Source of the DNA: Halorutilales archaeon Cl-col2-1
GTDB lineage: Archaea > Halobacteriota > Halobacteria > Halobacteriales > Afararchaeaceae
Assembly (NCBI GenBank): GCA_041891055.1
Contig: CP169074.1
Location: 1,696,001-1,760,000 of the forward strand
Length of the DNA stretch: 64,000 nucleotides
Direction of reading: 5' to 3'
Below the pieces are notes generated by a model. That model ran no database searches. It was not told where the DNA came from and saw nothing but the letters and a program-made list of their open reading frames with translations. Both the position numbers and the translations under genes were made by a program. Positions 19,102 through 28,665 of this stretch are shown in pieces (positions within the stretch are counted from its first letter, which is position 1; each line of letters starts with the position of its first letter).

Positions 19102-20244
19102 ATGAGCCACCAACGGTCAGTCTCGGATTCGGAATCGGACGGATCGCGGCGTCTCGGTAGCCTTAGCCGTCGGAACGCCGTCTTCCTACTGACCGCTGTG
19201 GTGGCTCTGTCTCTTCTCACAACCCCTGTCTCGGCACAGACTCCTCAGACGACCCCCGATGGATTCGACATAACAGTCTTTGAGGTAGATATACACGAGA
19301 GCGGAAAGGCTACCTGGACTATCGAGATGAGGAGACAGCTCGACACTGAAGACGAGATACAGGGATTCCGTGATCTGAGGACTCAGTATAACTTGGGCGA
19401 GGTCGAGATATTCACGGGTATTGAGGACAGCCTCAGGGAGGTCAACACTGTGGCTGTCAACCAGACAGGACGTGAGATGTCGCTCAACGACTTCGATCGC
19501 GATCTCCTCGTACGTGAGACGGTCACCGGGAGCGTAGGAGTTGCGCGTCTGCGTTTCAACTGGACGGGTTTCGCGGCGACCGAGTCTAACGGATCGAGGG
19601 TCGTCGTCGGAGACGTCTTCGAGGGCGGCTTCGTCGTAGGAGAGGGACAGCGTCTCATAATACGCCACGACGAGGGTCTCACTGCGACGGATGTCGTTCC
19701 CCCAGCCGACGTATCGGGAGAGAACTCGTACCAGTGGGAGGGACAGAGAGCATTCGAGGACGGAAGACCGCGTCTCGTCTTGACCCCGAACACGACGTCA
19801 GGATCGTCGGAGACACCGTCGGACGAGGACTCGGGGATCTCAGAGCTTGAGGTAGGTATCGGAGTCTTCCTCCTCGTCGTGGGTCTTTTCGGTGGTGTCT
19901 ACCTCGGACGTAGAATGGGCGGAAATAGACCTTCTGAGCCAACGTCAGCCGTGACTCGGAACGGATCGGGTTCCCAGACACCTCGACAGCCTGAGACGGA
20001 GGACAAGTCGGAGGACGAAGACACTGAGGAGGAGGTCGACGAGGAGCTTCTGACGGACGAGGACAGGGTCGTGCGTCTACTACGACAGAACGACGGAAGG
20101 ATGAAACAGGCTTCTATAGTCGAGGAGACGGGGTGGTCGAAGAGCAAGGCGAGCATGGTTCTGAGCGACATGGAGGACGAGGGGAGGATCTCGAAGCTGC
20201 GTCTCGGACGTGAGAACGTAATCGACCTCGAAGAGGACGACTGA
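19102..20244 (+). CDS. Signal-peptide, single-TM protein with C-terminal cytoplasmic HTH (membrane-anchored regulator)
   Basis: Signal peptide, extracellular domain, TM GIGVFLLVVGLFGGVYL, C-terminal LLTDEDRVVRLL..GRMKQ..TGWSKSKAS..LGREN HTH. Confidence 0.8.
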   Translation: MSHQRSVSDSESDGSRRLGSLSRRNAVFLLTAVVALSLLTTPVSAQTPQTTPDGFDITVFEVDIHESGKATWTIEMRRQLDTEDEIQGFRDLRTQYNLGEVEIFTGIEDSLREVNTVAVNQTGREMSLNDFDRDLLVRETVTGSVGVARLRFNWTGFAATESNGSRVVVGDVFEGGFVVGEGQRLIIRHDEGLTATDVVPPADVSGENSYQWEGQRAFEDGRPRLVLTPNTTSGSSETPSDEDSGISELEVGIGVFLLVVGLFGGVYLGRRMGGNRPSEPTSAVTRNGSGSQTPRQPETEDKSEDEDTEEEVDEELLTDEDRVVRLLRQNDGRMKQASIVEETGWSKSKASMVLSDMEDEGRISKLRLGRENVIDLEEDD

Positions 20245-20250
20245 GACGGA

Positions 20251-20916
20251 ATGGAGTTCGAAGACTGGGAACCTCTCTACGAGGCTATACTCGAAGACCT
20301 CGGATACTCGCGCGACGACGACCTCGCCTCGGCGAAGTTACTCGACTCGTACCTCGATCCCTTCGACCTCGGACGTCTCGGCTCGGTTATAGAGGCGAAG
20401 GACGTCTACGTCGTGGGAAACGCCCCGTGTCTCGAAGACGAGATCCACGGGATTCCTGACCCTGAAACCGAAGACACAGTCGTAGTAGCCGCCGACGCAG
20501 CCTCAGAACGTCTCTCGGAAGCCGGAGTCGATCCCGACGTAGTCTGTACCGACCTCGACGGCTCCCCGTCTCACGCCGCGGATCTCTCACAGTCGGGCAC
20601 TGTCGTCGCAGTACACTCCCACGGCGACAACACCGACCTCATAGAGAGATGGATCGAGGAGTTCGACCTATCTAACACACTTGGCACGACACAGACGCGC
20701 CCCCTCGGAGACGTCCATAACTTCGGCGGATTCACCGACGGCGACAGGTGCGCCTTCGTAGCCGACGAGTTCGGAGCCGACTCCCTCTCGTTAGTCGGCT
20801 TCGACTTCGACGATCCTTCGGTCAGCCCCGAGAAGTCACGTAAGCTCGACTGGGCGAGACGTCTTATCCGTGTCCTGGAGAAACGCCGAGACGAGAGAAT
20901 TATAGAACAGGCTTAA
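20251..20916 (+). CDS. mptE: 6-hydroxymethyl-7,8-dihydropterin pyrophosphokinase
   Basis: WEPLYEAILEDLGY, VCTDLDG, HSHGDN, NFGGFTDGDR, KSRKLDWA. Confidence 0.88.
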   Translation: MEFEDWEPLYEAILEDLGYSRDDDLASAKLLDSYLDPFDLGRLGSVIEAKDVYVVGNAPCLEDEIHGIPDPETEDTVVVAADAASERLSEAGVDPDVVCTDLDGSPSHAADLSQSGTVVAVHSHGDNTDLIERWIEEFDLSNTLGTTQTRPLGDVHNFGGFTDGDRCAFVADEFGADSLSLVGFDFDDPSVSPEKSRKLDWARRLIRVLEKRRDERIIEQA

Positions 20917-20941
20917 GGAATACGACTACGTCTTGGTTGTA

Positions 20942-21826
20942 ATGACTGACACTGACACTAACTACGAGAAACACCGTGAGGCGGGTGAGATACTCGCAGA
21001 GGTACGTGAGGAGGCTGCCGACTCCGTCGAGCCCGGAGTCTCACTTCTCGAAGTAGCCGAGGATGCCGAGGAGAGGATACGTCAACTCGGAGGCGAGCCC
21101 GCCTTCCCCGTCAACATATCCCGTAACGAGGAGGCGGCACACGCTACACCTTCGAGGGACGACGAGGCGGAGTTCGGCGACGACATGGTCAACCTCGACA
21201 TAGGCGTACACGTCGACGGATGGATAGCAGACTCCGCGGTCACAGTCGACATGACCGGAAACACGGATCTCGCCGAAGCACCCGAGAAGGCACTCGAAGC
21301 CGCGATAGACGTAGTTGAGGCGGGCGTCTCGACAGCAGAGATAGGACGCGTAATAGAGGAGACCATAAATGACGAGGGATTCAACCCAGTCTACAACCTC
21401 ACGGGGCACGGTCTCGATGAGTACGAACAGCATACCTCACCCTCGATTCCCAACCACGCAGTCGACCAGGGTGTAACGCTCGACGAGGGAGACGTCGTAG
21501 CCATAGAGCCCTTCGCGACCGACGGAACCGGAAGGGTCAACGAGAAGGGCTCCGCCGAGATATACTCGCTCGTCGAGCCCGACGCACGTATAAGGTCGAA
21601 CGCGGCGCGCGACCTCCTCTCGACTATCAACGACGACTACGGGACCCTCCCCTTCGCAAAGAGATGGCTCCCTCCCAAACGTCTCGACATGACACTCTCG
21701 CGTCTCGAAAGACGTGACATCGTACATTCGTATCCGACCCTCTCGGAGGACGAGGGCTGTCTCGTGTCACAGGCGGAACACACTGTTGTAGTCGAGGAGG
21801 ACGGCTGTGAGGTCATAACGCGCTAA
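20942..21826 (+). CDS. map: Methionine aminopeptidase type II
   Basis: AFPVNIS, AAHATP, LDIGVHVDGWIADSA, NLTGHG, AIEPF, QAEHT. Confidence 0.95.
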   Translation: MTDTDTNYEKHREAGEILAEVREEAADSVEPGVSLLEVAEDAEERIRQLGGEPAFPVNISRNEEAAHATPSRDDEAEFGDDMVNLDIGVHVDGWIADSAVTVDMTGNTDLAEAPEKALEAAIDVVEAGVSTAEIGRVIEETINDEGFNPVYNLTGHGLDEYEQHTSPSIPNHAVDQGVTLDEGDVVAIEPFATDGTGRVNEKGSAEIYSLVEPDARIRSNAARDLLSTINDDYGTLPFAKRWLPPKRLDMTLSRLERRDIVHSYPTLSEDEGCLVSQAEHTVVVEEDGCEVITR

Positions 21827-21898
21827 CGAGATAACGAGACACCCGCGACAGAACGTTGTGCTTATGTCGTTAGCACAAGTATATTTAGGAAGCGCAGA

Positions 21899-23251
21899 AT
21901 GGAACCGATAGATGTCATTGAGCTGATGCTAACGGCGGAGGTCTACAACGACAACCCCGAACTCGACGAGAACGACCTCCCGCCCAAGCTACGTAAGACT
22001 GTCTGGAACGGCGAGGGCGAGATAGAACGTCCCGTCGAGATAACTGAGGAGAGGGTCGCGGAGATATTCGACACCGAGGACGTCTGGGACTCGGTGAAGA
22101 CGCTCCCGTTTACCGACAGGAACAGCTTCGACGGGAAGCTGAGTTTCACTGTCACCGACCTCGCTACTGACTGGTACACAGACAACGCCACAGAGGAGAG
22201 GATACTCAACAATCCCACTCTCGCGTACTACTACGACGAGGTCAAGAACGGAGAGCTAGACGAAGACCTTGAGATAGACTACGAGACTTCGAGGGCACAG
22301 AACCCGCCGAAAGAGGCGGACACGGAGTGGGTACGTTCACTCGTCAACGACCTCGTGAGCGAGGAAGAAGAAGTCGAGAACATGCTCGAACTCGTCGAGA
22401 TATTCGCTCCCGAGGAGATCGACCAGAGCCTCGACGACATAGTTCTCACCGACGAACAGCAGGGCGAGGTCAAGAAGGTCATGAAGGCGATAGAGTACCG
22501 TAACTACCTCAGACAGGTGGGTCTGAGCGAGATAGGTAAGCTACTCTTCGTCGGACCTCCCGGAACGGGTAAGACGAGTACCGCGAAGGCTCTGAGCAAG
22601 AGGCTCGACCTGCCGTTCGTCGAGGTCAAGCTCTCGATGATCACGTCGCAGTACCTCGGAGAGACCGCGAAGAATGTCGATAAGGTCTTCGAACTCGCTA
22701 AGAGACTCTCGCCGTGTATACTCTTCATAGACGAGTTCGACTCGATAGCCAAGACGCGTGAGAGCGAGGAACACGCCGCACTCAAGAGGGCTGTCAACAC
22801 ACTCCTCAAGAGCATAGACGACATATCGCTCGTACAGGACAGCGTCCTCCTAATAGGCGCGACCAACCATCCGAAGCTACTCGACCACGCCGCTTGGAGA
22901 CGTTTCGACGAGATACTCGAGTTCCCCGCCCCTGACGACGATATGAGGGCGAAGATATTCGAGATAGTCACAAGCGACATAGAGATAGAGGACTTCGACC
23001 CCGTCGAACTCGCCGAGGAGACCGACGGACTCACGGGAAGCGACCTGCGTCTCGTACTACGTGAGGCTGTCCTCGATGCTCTCAAGGGCGACAGGACGAC
23101 ACTCACACAGCAGGATCTCATCGACGCTGTCGGGAGCTTCGAGAAGAGGAAGAACCTCAAGGAGATGGACATGATGGAGGGATCACCGACCTCGGTCGCG
23201 GATGACGACGACCACGACCACGATCACGACCACAGTAACTCCGACGACTGA
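21899..23251 (+). CDS. AAA+ ATPase (conserved haloarchaeal type)
   Basis: GPPGTGKT, FIDEFD, GATNHP..LD.AAWRRFD; C-terminal (DH)n tail. Confidence 0.9.
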   Translation: MEPIDVIELMLTAEVYNDNPELDENDLPPKLRKTVWNGEGEIERPVEITEERVAEIFDTEDVWDSVKTLPFTDRNSFDGKLSFTVTDLATDWYTDNATEERILNNPTLAYYYDEVKNGELDEDLEIDYETSRAQNPPKEADTEWVRSLVNDLVSEEEEVENMLELVEIFAPEEIDQSLDDIVLTDEQQGEVKKVMKAIEYRNYLRQVGLSEIGKLLFVGPPGTGKTSTAKALSKRLDLPFVEVKLSMITSQYLGETAKNVDKVFELAKRLSPCILFIDEFDSIAKTRESEEHAALKRAVNTLLKSIDDISLVQDSVLLIGATNHPKLLDHAAWRRFDEILEFPAPDDDMRAKIFEIVTSDIEIEDFDPVELAEETDGLTGSDLRLVLREAVLDALKGDRTTLTQQDLIDAVGSFEKRKNLKEMDMMEGSPTSVADDDDHDHDHDHSNSDD

Positions 23252-23257
23252 CCCGAG

Positions 23258-24022
23258 ATGAGGCTGACTCTTCTCGGAACCGGAGACTCCGCGGGTGTGC
23301 CCCAGGTAGGCTGTTCGTGTCCGACGTGTGAGCGTCACACCGAAGAGGGACGTGAGAGGACGAGGTTCTCTCTTCTCGTCGAGAACGAGGGTAAGACTCT
23401 ACTGATAGACGCCTCGCCCGATCTCAGAACTCAGCTTCTGCGTGAGAACGTTGACACTCTCGACGGTGTCGTCCTCACTCACGGACATTACGACCATTAC
23501 TCGGGTCTCGGGAACCTCTACAGAACCCTCGGGGAGGTCGAAGTCTACGGCGCCCCGAACGTACTCGACTACGTCCTCGACGACAAGTACTCCTACCTCA
23601 GAATATTCGAGAGACACGACGTCGAACCCTTCGAGGAATTCGAGTTCGCGGGTCTCAAAGTACGTCTCGTTCCCGTACACCATCCTCCATTAGAGACCTA
23701 TGGTGTCGTCGTGACCGATCCCGACTCGGGCGCTAAGCTCAGCATAACAGGAGACACCTCGCGCGAGATTCCTGAGGATAGTCTCGAAGCCATGGAGTCT
23801 CCGGATCTCGTAGTAGCCGACGCATTCGCGTCGACCGACGTCATCGACAGAAAGATCTCCGACGACGGCTACTCCTTCGCCGACAAACACATGACCTACG
23901 AGGGCGCGTTAGACCTCGCCGACGAGATAGACGCCGACGAGACCGCACTCGTCCATCTCTCACACTTCTTCCGACACGAACGCGACGCGATGGGAGAAGA
24001 CGGCGACACCTACGTACTATGA
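23258..24022 (+). CDS. Metallo-beta-lactamase-fold hydrolase, PhnP-like
   Basis: LLGTGDSAGVP..GCSCPTC, THGHYDH, TGDT, HLSH. Confidence 0.88.
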   Translation: MRLTLLGTGDSAGVPQVGCSCPTCERHTEEGRERTRFSLLVENEGKTLLIDASPDLRTQLLRENVDTLDGVVLTHGHYDHYSGLGNLYRTLGEVEVYGAPNVLDYVLDDKYSYLRIFERHDVEPFEEFEFAGLKVRLVPVHHPPLETYGVVVTDPDSGAKLSITGDTSREIPEDSLEAMESPDLVVADAFASTDVIDRKISDDGYSFADKHMTYEGALDLADEIDADETALVHLSHFFRHERDAMGEDGDTYVL

Positions 24023-25486
24023 ACTGTTGTTCGCCGACGGCAGCCTCATACGTACTATGCTACCTCTCGGCTGGTTCTCTTCGAATCTCAGAGAGCCGCC
24101 CGACCTCTCTACTATGTGGTGTACGAGCCACAGACCCAGACCGCTTCCGTGGTAGAGAGGCTGTATCTCGGTCTCCGCCGTGAGAATCCTGACTTCCTCG
24201 TCGGGGATTCCGGGTCCGTTGTCTGCGACAGTTATCTCGACACAGTCCTCGCTCGGTCTCGCGCTCACACTCACCTCAATACGTGGCGAGTCGGAGTCGT
24301 TGTACTCGGCTGCGTTACCTATGAGTTCGTCTATCGCCTTGCCTATCTCGGGTATAGACCTTACTCCCACCGAGTCCGAGGGCGCGTCGCAGACGACCTC
24401 GTAGTCGGGATATCTGTCTCTCAGAGTCTGTATACGTCCCTCGAGGAGTGTGTCTACTCCGAAGACGGTACTCTTCTTGTCCTCCGAGAGGACATCGACT
24501 ATCTCTTTCTCCTTGTCGGTCGTCTCTATGAGACCCTCAGCAGTCTCTATGATCTTCGCCGCCTCGTCACGAACCTCTCCCGAGGATCTCTCACGTATTA
24601 TCCTCGCGTAACCGAGTACGACGTTCATCTCGGAATGCATGTTGTGGCGCAGAACCCTGTCGAGAACCTTAAGCTGTTTCTCCCTCTCCTTGACCTCGGT
24701 GACGTCTCTAGCTATGCTGAGCACGGCGTCTGTGCCGTCGTACTGTGTCGTCGACGAATGTATTAGGACGGGAGTCTCGTTGCCGTCCCTGTGTATCACC
24801 GACGCCTCGAATAGGAGCTCCCCCTTCTCGTCTATCTCCGCAGTAATCTCCTCGGGACTTTTCTCCAGGTCGGCTGTGACGTCTTCGGGAGACATCGAGA
24901 GTAGCTCCTCACGTGAGTATCCGAGCTTCTCGACAGCGGCGTCGTTTGCGTCGAGGAAGCCGTCACCAACTTCGTGGACGAATACCGGGTCGCTTATCGA
25001 GTTGAAGAGATCCTCGTATCTCCTCTTACTCCGTCTCAGATCCTCGGTTCGGCGTCTCACTACCTCCTCAAGGTTCTCACGGTGGCGTCTGAGCTCCTCC
25101 TCGGTCTCGCGCCGTCTCTCTATCTCTCTTCTCAGCGAGTCGCTGTGTTCCTTGACCTTCTGGTAGTAGAGAGTGAGTGTAGCGACGACGATGAAGGTCA
25201 GGCTGTTGAGACCTCCGCTGACCGGCGAGACTGACTCCCACAGACGCGTCCTACCCGCTGTTACGAGGACACGGCGGAGTATATGCCCCACCGACCGTGA
25301 GAAGGCGAACAGCGCGAAGACATACGACATCCAGAGTATGTAGGTACCTATCGCTCCCGAGACTTTCCGACTGAACTTCCTACCCTCGACCACACACGCG
25401 GCTGCGAAGACCATCATGAGAACCGATCCGACTATGTCGACGATCCAGACGGGAGCCATCGGCAGAAGTACGGAGGAAGAGGTCAC
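24017..25486 (-). CDS. Membrane-bound PAS-domain sensor histidine kinase
   Basis: Three N-terminal hydrophobic helices, coiled coil, PAS (LGYSREELL), H-box RVLRHN, N-box ELIGNA, G boxes DNGPGI and HGSGLGL. Confidence 0.9.
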   Translation of the reverse strand: MTSSSVLLPMAPVWIVDIVGSVLMMVFAAACVVEGRKFSRKVSGAIGTYILWMSYVFALFAFSRSVGHILRRVLVTAGRTRLWESVSPVSGGLNSLTFIVVATLTLYYQKVKEHSDSLRREIERRRETEEELRRHRENLEEVVRRRTEDLRRSKRRYEDLFNSISDPVFVHEVGDGFLDANDAAVEKLGYSREELLSMSPEDVTADLEKSPEEITAEIDEKGELLFEASVIHRDGNETPVLIHSSTTQYDGTDAVLSIARDVTEVKEREKQLKVLDRVLRHNMHSEMNVVLGYARIIRERSSGEVRDEAAKIIETAEGLIETTDKEKEIVDVLSEDKKSTVFGVDTLLEGRIQTLRDRYPDYEVVCDAPSDSVGVRSIPEIGKAIDELIGNAAEYNDSDSPRIEVSVSARPSEDCVEITVADNGPGIPDEEVRILTAETEIQPLYHGSGLGLWLVHHIVERSGGSLRFEENQPRGSIVRMRLPSANNSS

Positions 25487-25986
25487 GTCTCAGCCTCCTT
25501 CTGTATCCCACGGTCGTCGGTGTCTTCGCCCTTATTGAACTCCCTCAGACCCAGATAGAAGAAGAGTATTCCCGGTACGGAGAGTAGATGGTCGAACCTC
25601 CCGACGTAGTAGACGAGAGCCGTGTCCGAGAGTCTGAGCGACTCGCTCCAGTTCACAGCCGATCCCACGAAAGCCGACTCGGGAATCTGAGTGAGAGCGA
25701 AATGTGTCACGAAGGTGTCGACGTTCCAGACCGCGAAGAAGACCGCACCCACAGCGATCTTCGACCACGCGGGGTCGCCGAGGTTGCCGCTCTGACGTAT
25801 CCTGTAGACGAGGTATACCATGGCTCCGAAGAATACGACGTGAGCCATCTGGTGGACATAGAGCCCCTCAGGTGCCCCGTGTCTCTGTGTCGCCGAGACG
25901 GTCGACGGCGCGACACCGAGAACGAGAAAGACCGCGGCTGCCGAGGAGACGGAGTACTCAAGCCTTCGCGTGACTGAATCTCGCAT
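25483..25986 (-). CDS. His-containing membrane protein overlapping the kinase start
   Basis: Signal peptide-like N-terminus, HGAPEGLYVHQMAH, WNVDTFVTH, FDHLL; 4-bp overlap with the kinase. Confidence 0.75.
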   Translation of the reverse strand: MRDSVTRRLEYSVSSAAAVFLVLGVAPSTVSATQRHGAPEGLYVHQMAHVVFFGAMVYLVYRIRQSGNLGDPAWSKIAVGAVFFAVWNVDTFVTHFALTQIPESAFVGSAVNWSESLRLSDTALVYYVGRFDHLLSVPGILFFYLGLREFNKGEDTDDRGIQKEAET

Positions 25987-26044
25987 CTCTAACTGTATAA
26001 ACAGCGGAGGCTACTTATACTGTTGGACAGGACAGCGAGACGGC

Positions 26045-26245
26045 TCAGAGAGACGTAGACGTGAGTTCGTCGCCCGTCCTACAGCTTCTAACTTCGAAAC
26101 TGTATGGAAGTCGGTCTAGAGAGTCACGTACCGCGTCTTCTATTTCTTCCCAGTCATCACCGTCGGGTCTCCTTTCGTCGGTAAGCTCAACCTCGATATC
26201 TACCGGCTCGTCGAAGTAGTCGGATCGTTCGAGTGTTCCGAACAT
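26045..26245 (-). CDS. Small acidic hypothetical protein or gene remnant
   Basis: 66-aa acidic ORF filling an intergenic gap; no recognised motif. Confidence 0.4.
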   Translation of the reverse strand: MFGTLERSDYFDEPVDIEVELTDERRPDGDDWEEIEDAVRDSLDRLPYSFEVRSCRTGDELTSTSL

Positions 26246-26293
26246 AACACGAAGACTTTTGGATCAACTCGGTATAAATCTACGCAGGTCTCG

Positions 26294-27175
26294 ATGTCAA
26301 ACGTCAACGTAGTCAACGACGACTGTCTCGATCATCTCCGTGAGAACACCGTATCGGATATCGATCTCACCTTTCTCGACCCACCGTTTAACCAAGGCAA
26401 GGATTACCCCAGCCACGACGACTCGATGGAGGAAGACGCCTACTGGGCGTGGATGCGCGATGTCTCCGCCGAGATATACGACGCCACCGCTGAGGGTGGT
26501 GCAGTCTACTTTATGCAACGTGAGAAAAACGCCGACGATGTCCTCCGTATTCTTCGGGACACTGGATGGACGTTCCAGAACCTGATTATCTGGGAAAAAA
26601 CTACATCGGCTGTACCGTCGAAGTACCGTTTCGGTAAGAAATACCAGATTATCGCTTTCTGCACGAAGGGAGACAAGCCCGCAACTTTCAACCGTCTCAG
26701 ACACGACCCACCAACGCCGGAGAATTACGACCGCGAGCGCGAGAACGGTATATATCTGACCGACGTCTGGAAGAACGTGCGTGAGCTGACGTCGGGGTAC
26801 TTCGCGGGGAACGAGCCATTACGTGACGAAAACGGCGACCGCGTCCACAAACAGCAGGCACCTATTGAGCTTCTGACTAGAGTCGTCCTCTCTTCCACAC
26901 TACCCGGCGACACTGTCTTCGACCCTTTCGCGGGAACCGGCACTACGGGAGTCGTCTGTGACCAGCTTGACAGAGACGTAGTTCTCGTCGAGAAGGACAG
27001 TAACTACCACAGACTAATCCAGGAGCGCATCGAGGAAGAGAGACCTGCTGATGATGTCTCAGAGCTATACGACGACTACCAGTATACAGAAAACCTCGAC
27101 GAGATATGGGGAGGAAAGGTCGAGTCGGATAATTCGAGCGGTCAGGAGGACATAACCTCATTCGCTGAGGACTGA
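26294..27175 (+). CDS. Site-specific DNA amino-methyltransferase (N4C/N6A), beta class
   Basis: Motif IV FLDPPFN precedes motif I DPFAGTGTTG; IIWEK; VHKQQAP. Confidence 0.92.
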   Translation: MSNVNVVNDDCLDHLRENTVSDIDLTFLDPPFNQGKDYPSHDDSMEEDAYWAWMRDVSAEIYDATAEGGAVYFMQREKNADDVLRILRDTGWTFQNLIIWEKTTSAVPSKYRFGKKYQIIAFCTKGDKPATFNRLRHDPPTPENYDRERENGIYLTDVWKNVRELTSGYFAGNEPLRDENGDRVHKQQAPIELLTRVVLSSTLPGDTVFDPFAGTGTTGVVCDQLDRDVVLVEKDSNYHRLIQERIEEERPADDVSELYDDYQYTENLDEIWGGKVESDNSSGQEDITSFAED

Positions 27176-27193
27176 GTGGTCAGTCGTTCTCGA

Positions 27194-27985
27194 TTACTCA
27201 GCACGGCTAACTGCGACGTAGAAGACGTCTTCCCTTTCCGGGTAGGCGTGTTTTATCCTCGATGTCTCGACCTCGGCGTCTATCCGCGAGCCGAACTCCT
27301 CAGTAGACTCGTACTCTGACTCCGGAACTACCAGTGACAACGCCCCTGACGGAACTTCGGGATGTTGGTTTGGGTTCAGATCGTTGTCGACCTCGTACAT
27401 AATACGGTAACGTATCTTGACCCCGGTCGAAGTCTTCCGTGTCTGACTGAAGTGCTTCCGAACGTACTCCTCGTCGTCTATTATGTCGAGAAGCTCGTCG
27501 TACCTCTCCTCGTCGACGCTAGGACGTATTTCCTTCAGAACCTCACCGATAGTCTCGGATATGGCGGATGACTCCGAGTCTCCGAAGTAGCTACCGTGGA
27601 CGAACGAGACCGTGGGTATGTCGTTTCGGTTCGTCCTTATGAGGTAGTACACGTCTCTCTTTTTACTAAAGTCGGGACTTTCCTCTGCTTCTTCCAAGGA
27701 CTCGCGCATACTACGTTTAGTCTTCCCCGTAATCTCCTCCAGATCGACTATGCTCTTCTCACCGCTCGGATACGTCGAGTTGAAAGATGTCATAGTCGAA
27801 CTCTTGCTATCCTTGACCTCTATCATACCTCCATCACGGAGTATCATGTCCGGAAACGCCCTCTTGCTACTATATCCGACAAGCCGGTCACCGAAGTCGT
27901 AATCCTCTATGTTGCCGTCAAAATTCATGAACTCGTCTGCCTCTTTGACGAGCCTCGAAAACAGTTCGTTGATGGGTCTCGACAT
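27194..27985 (-). CDS. Putative type II restriction endonuclease, PD-(D/E)xK, NgoPII-like
   Basis: FPDMILRDGGMIEVKDSKS...FNSTYP resembles the recalled NgoPII-family pattern PD.(I/M)L..G..IEVK....NS(S/T)YP; convergent with the MTase. Confidence 0.7.
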   Translation of the reverse strand: MSRPINELFSRLVKEADEFMNFDGNIEDYDFGDRLVGYSSKRAFPDMILRDGGMIEVKDSKSSTMTSFNSTYPSGEKSIVDLEEITGKTKRSMRESLEEAEESPDFSKKRDVYYLIRTNRNDIPTVSFVHGSYFGDSESSAISETIGEVLKEIRPSVDEERYDELLDIIDDEEYVRKHFSQTRKTSTGVKIRYRIMYEVDNDLNPNQHPEVPSGALSLVVPESEYESTEEFGSRIDAEVETSRIKHAYPEREDVFYVAVSRAE

Positions 27986-28039
27986 ACTGTGCTAGAACTC
28001 CGGAGAGACGGGATAATGTAACCTGGCCTGTCGAGAAAC

Positions 28040-28663
28040 TCACTCCCTTTCCGATCCCTTCTCGTAATGCCGGAAAGCGTTCTCGTCGACGCTGAGTTCG
28101 GGAAGTATCTCTACCTCGACGCCTTCGAGACTAACTGTCTCTCTTCCCTCTTCTATCGCCTCCTCGACCTCCGAGTAATGCGCGTATATCAGGTCGGCAC
28201 TCTCGGCGTGTTTTCTCCTCTCGATCTCGTGACTCATCTCGCCGGCTATCTCCTCGGCGTCCTCGTATATAAGACGTGCCGCCTCGGTCTCGCGCGGGAG
28301 AAAGTCGAAGCTCCCGATCACCTCCTCGTAGACCTCCTCACCTCTCGGTGTCGGCTCGTAGTAGGTGTGTTTCATCCGTGTGTCCTTCTCCTGTTCGCGT
28401 CTCTTGAGGGTGTGTTTGACCGACGACGTCGGGACGTCGCGTTTGAGTGTCCTCCCCTCGACTCTCTCGACGAATCCCTCGTCCTCAAGCGTGTGTAGTG
28501 CCTCCTGTATCTCTTTCCACGGCGTCTCGGTTCCGACACCGAGGAGGCGTCTCTCGATGTAACGCGCGCAGTCTGGTCCTATGTCGGTGACGTGAGCGAG
28601 GGACGCTATCCTCATAGGATCGCTCAGAACCCGCAGTACGCCGTCTTCTGTCGACTCTATCAT
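28040..28663 (-). CDS. DUF2250-like winged-helix protein
   Basis: LAHVTDIGPDCARYI, LEDEGFVERVEG, KHTYYEPTPRG. Confidence 0.65.
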   Translation of the reverse strand: MIESTEDGVLRVLSDPMRIASLAHVTDIGPDCARYIERRLLGVGTETPWKEIQEALHTLEDEGFVERVEGRTLKRDVPTSSVKHTLKRREQEKDTRMKHTYYEPTPRGEEVYEEVIGSFDFLPRETEAARLIYEDAEEIAGEMSHEIERRKHAESADLIYAHYSEVEEAIEEGRETVSLEGVEVEILPELSVDENAFRHYEKGSERE

Positions 28664-28665
28664 AT

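Noticed and set aside
23205-23235. (GACCAC)n repeat giving a DHDHDHDH tail on the AAA ATPase
   Set aside because: A common low-complexity His/Asp tail, not a DNA-level element
21899-24022. AAA ATPase plus MBL hydrolase as a possible defence system
   Set aside because: Native composition and resemblance to a conserved haloarchaeal housekeeping pair; no defence-specific domains seen
26045-26245. Small ORF divergent from the MTase as a possible R-M controller (C) protein
   Set aside because: No HTH signature and strongly acidic; no C-box palindrome seen
24017-28663. Accessory block as an integrated mobile element
   Set aside because: No integrase, transposase, tRNA target or flanking direct repeats could be found
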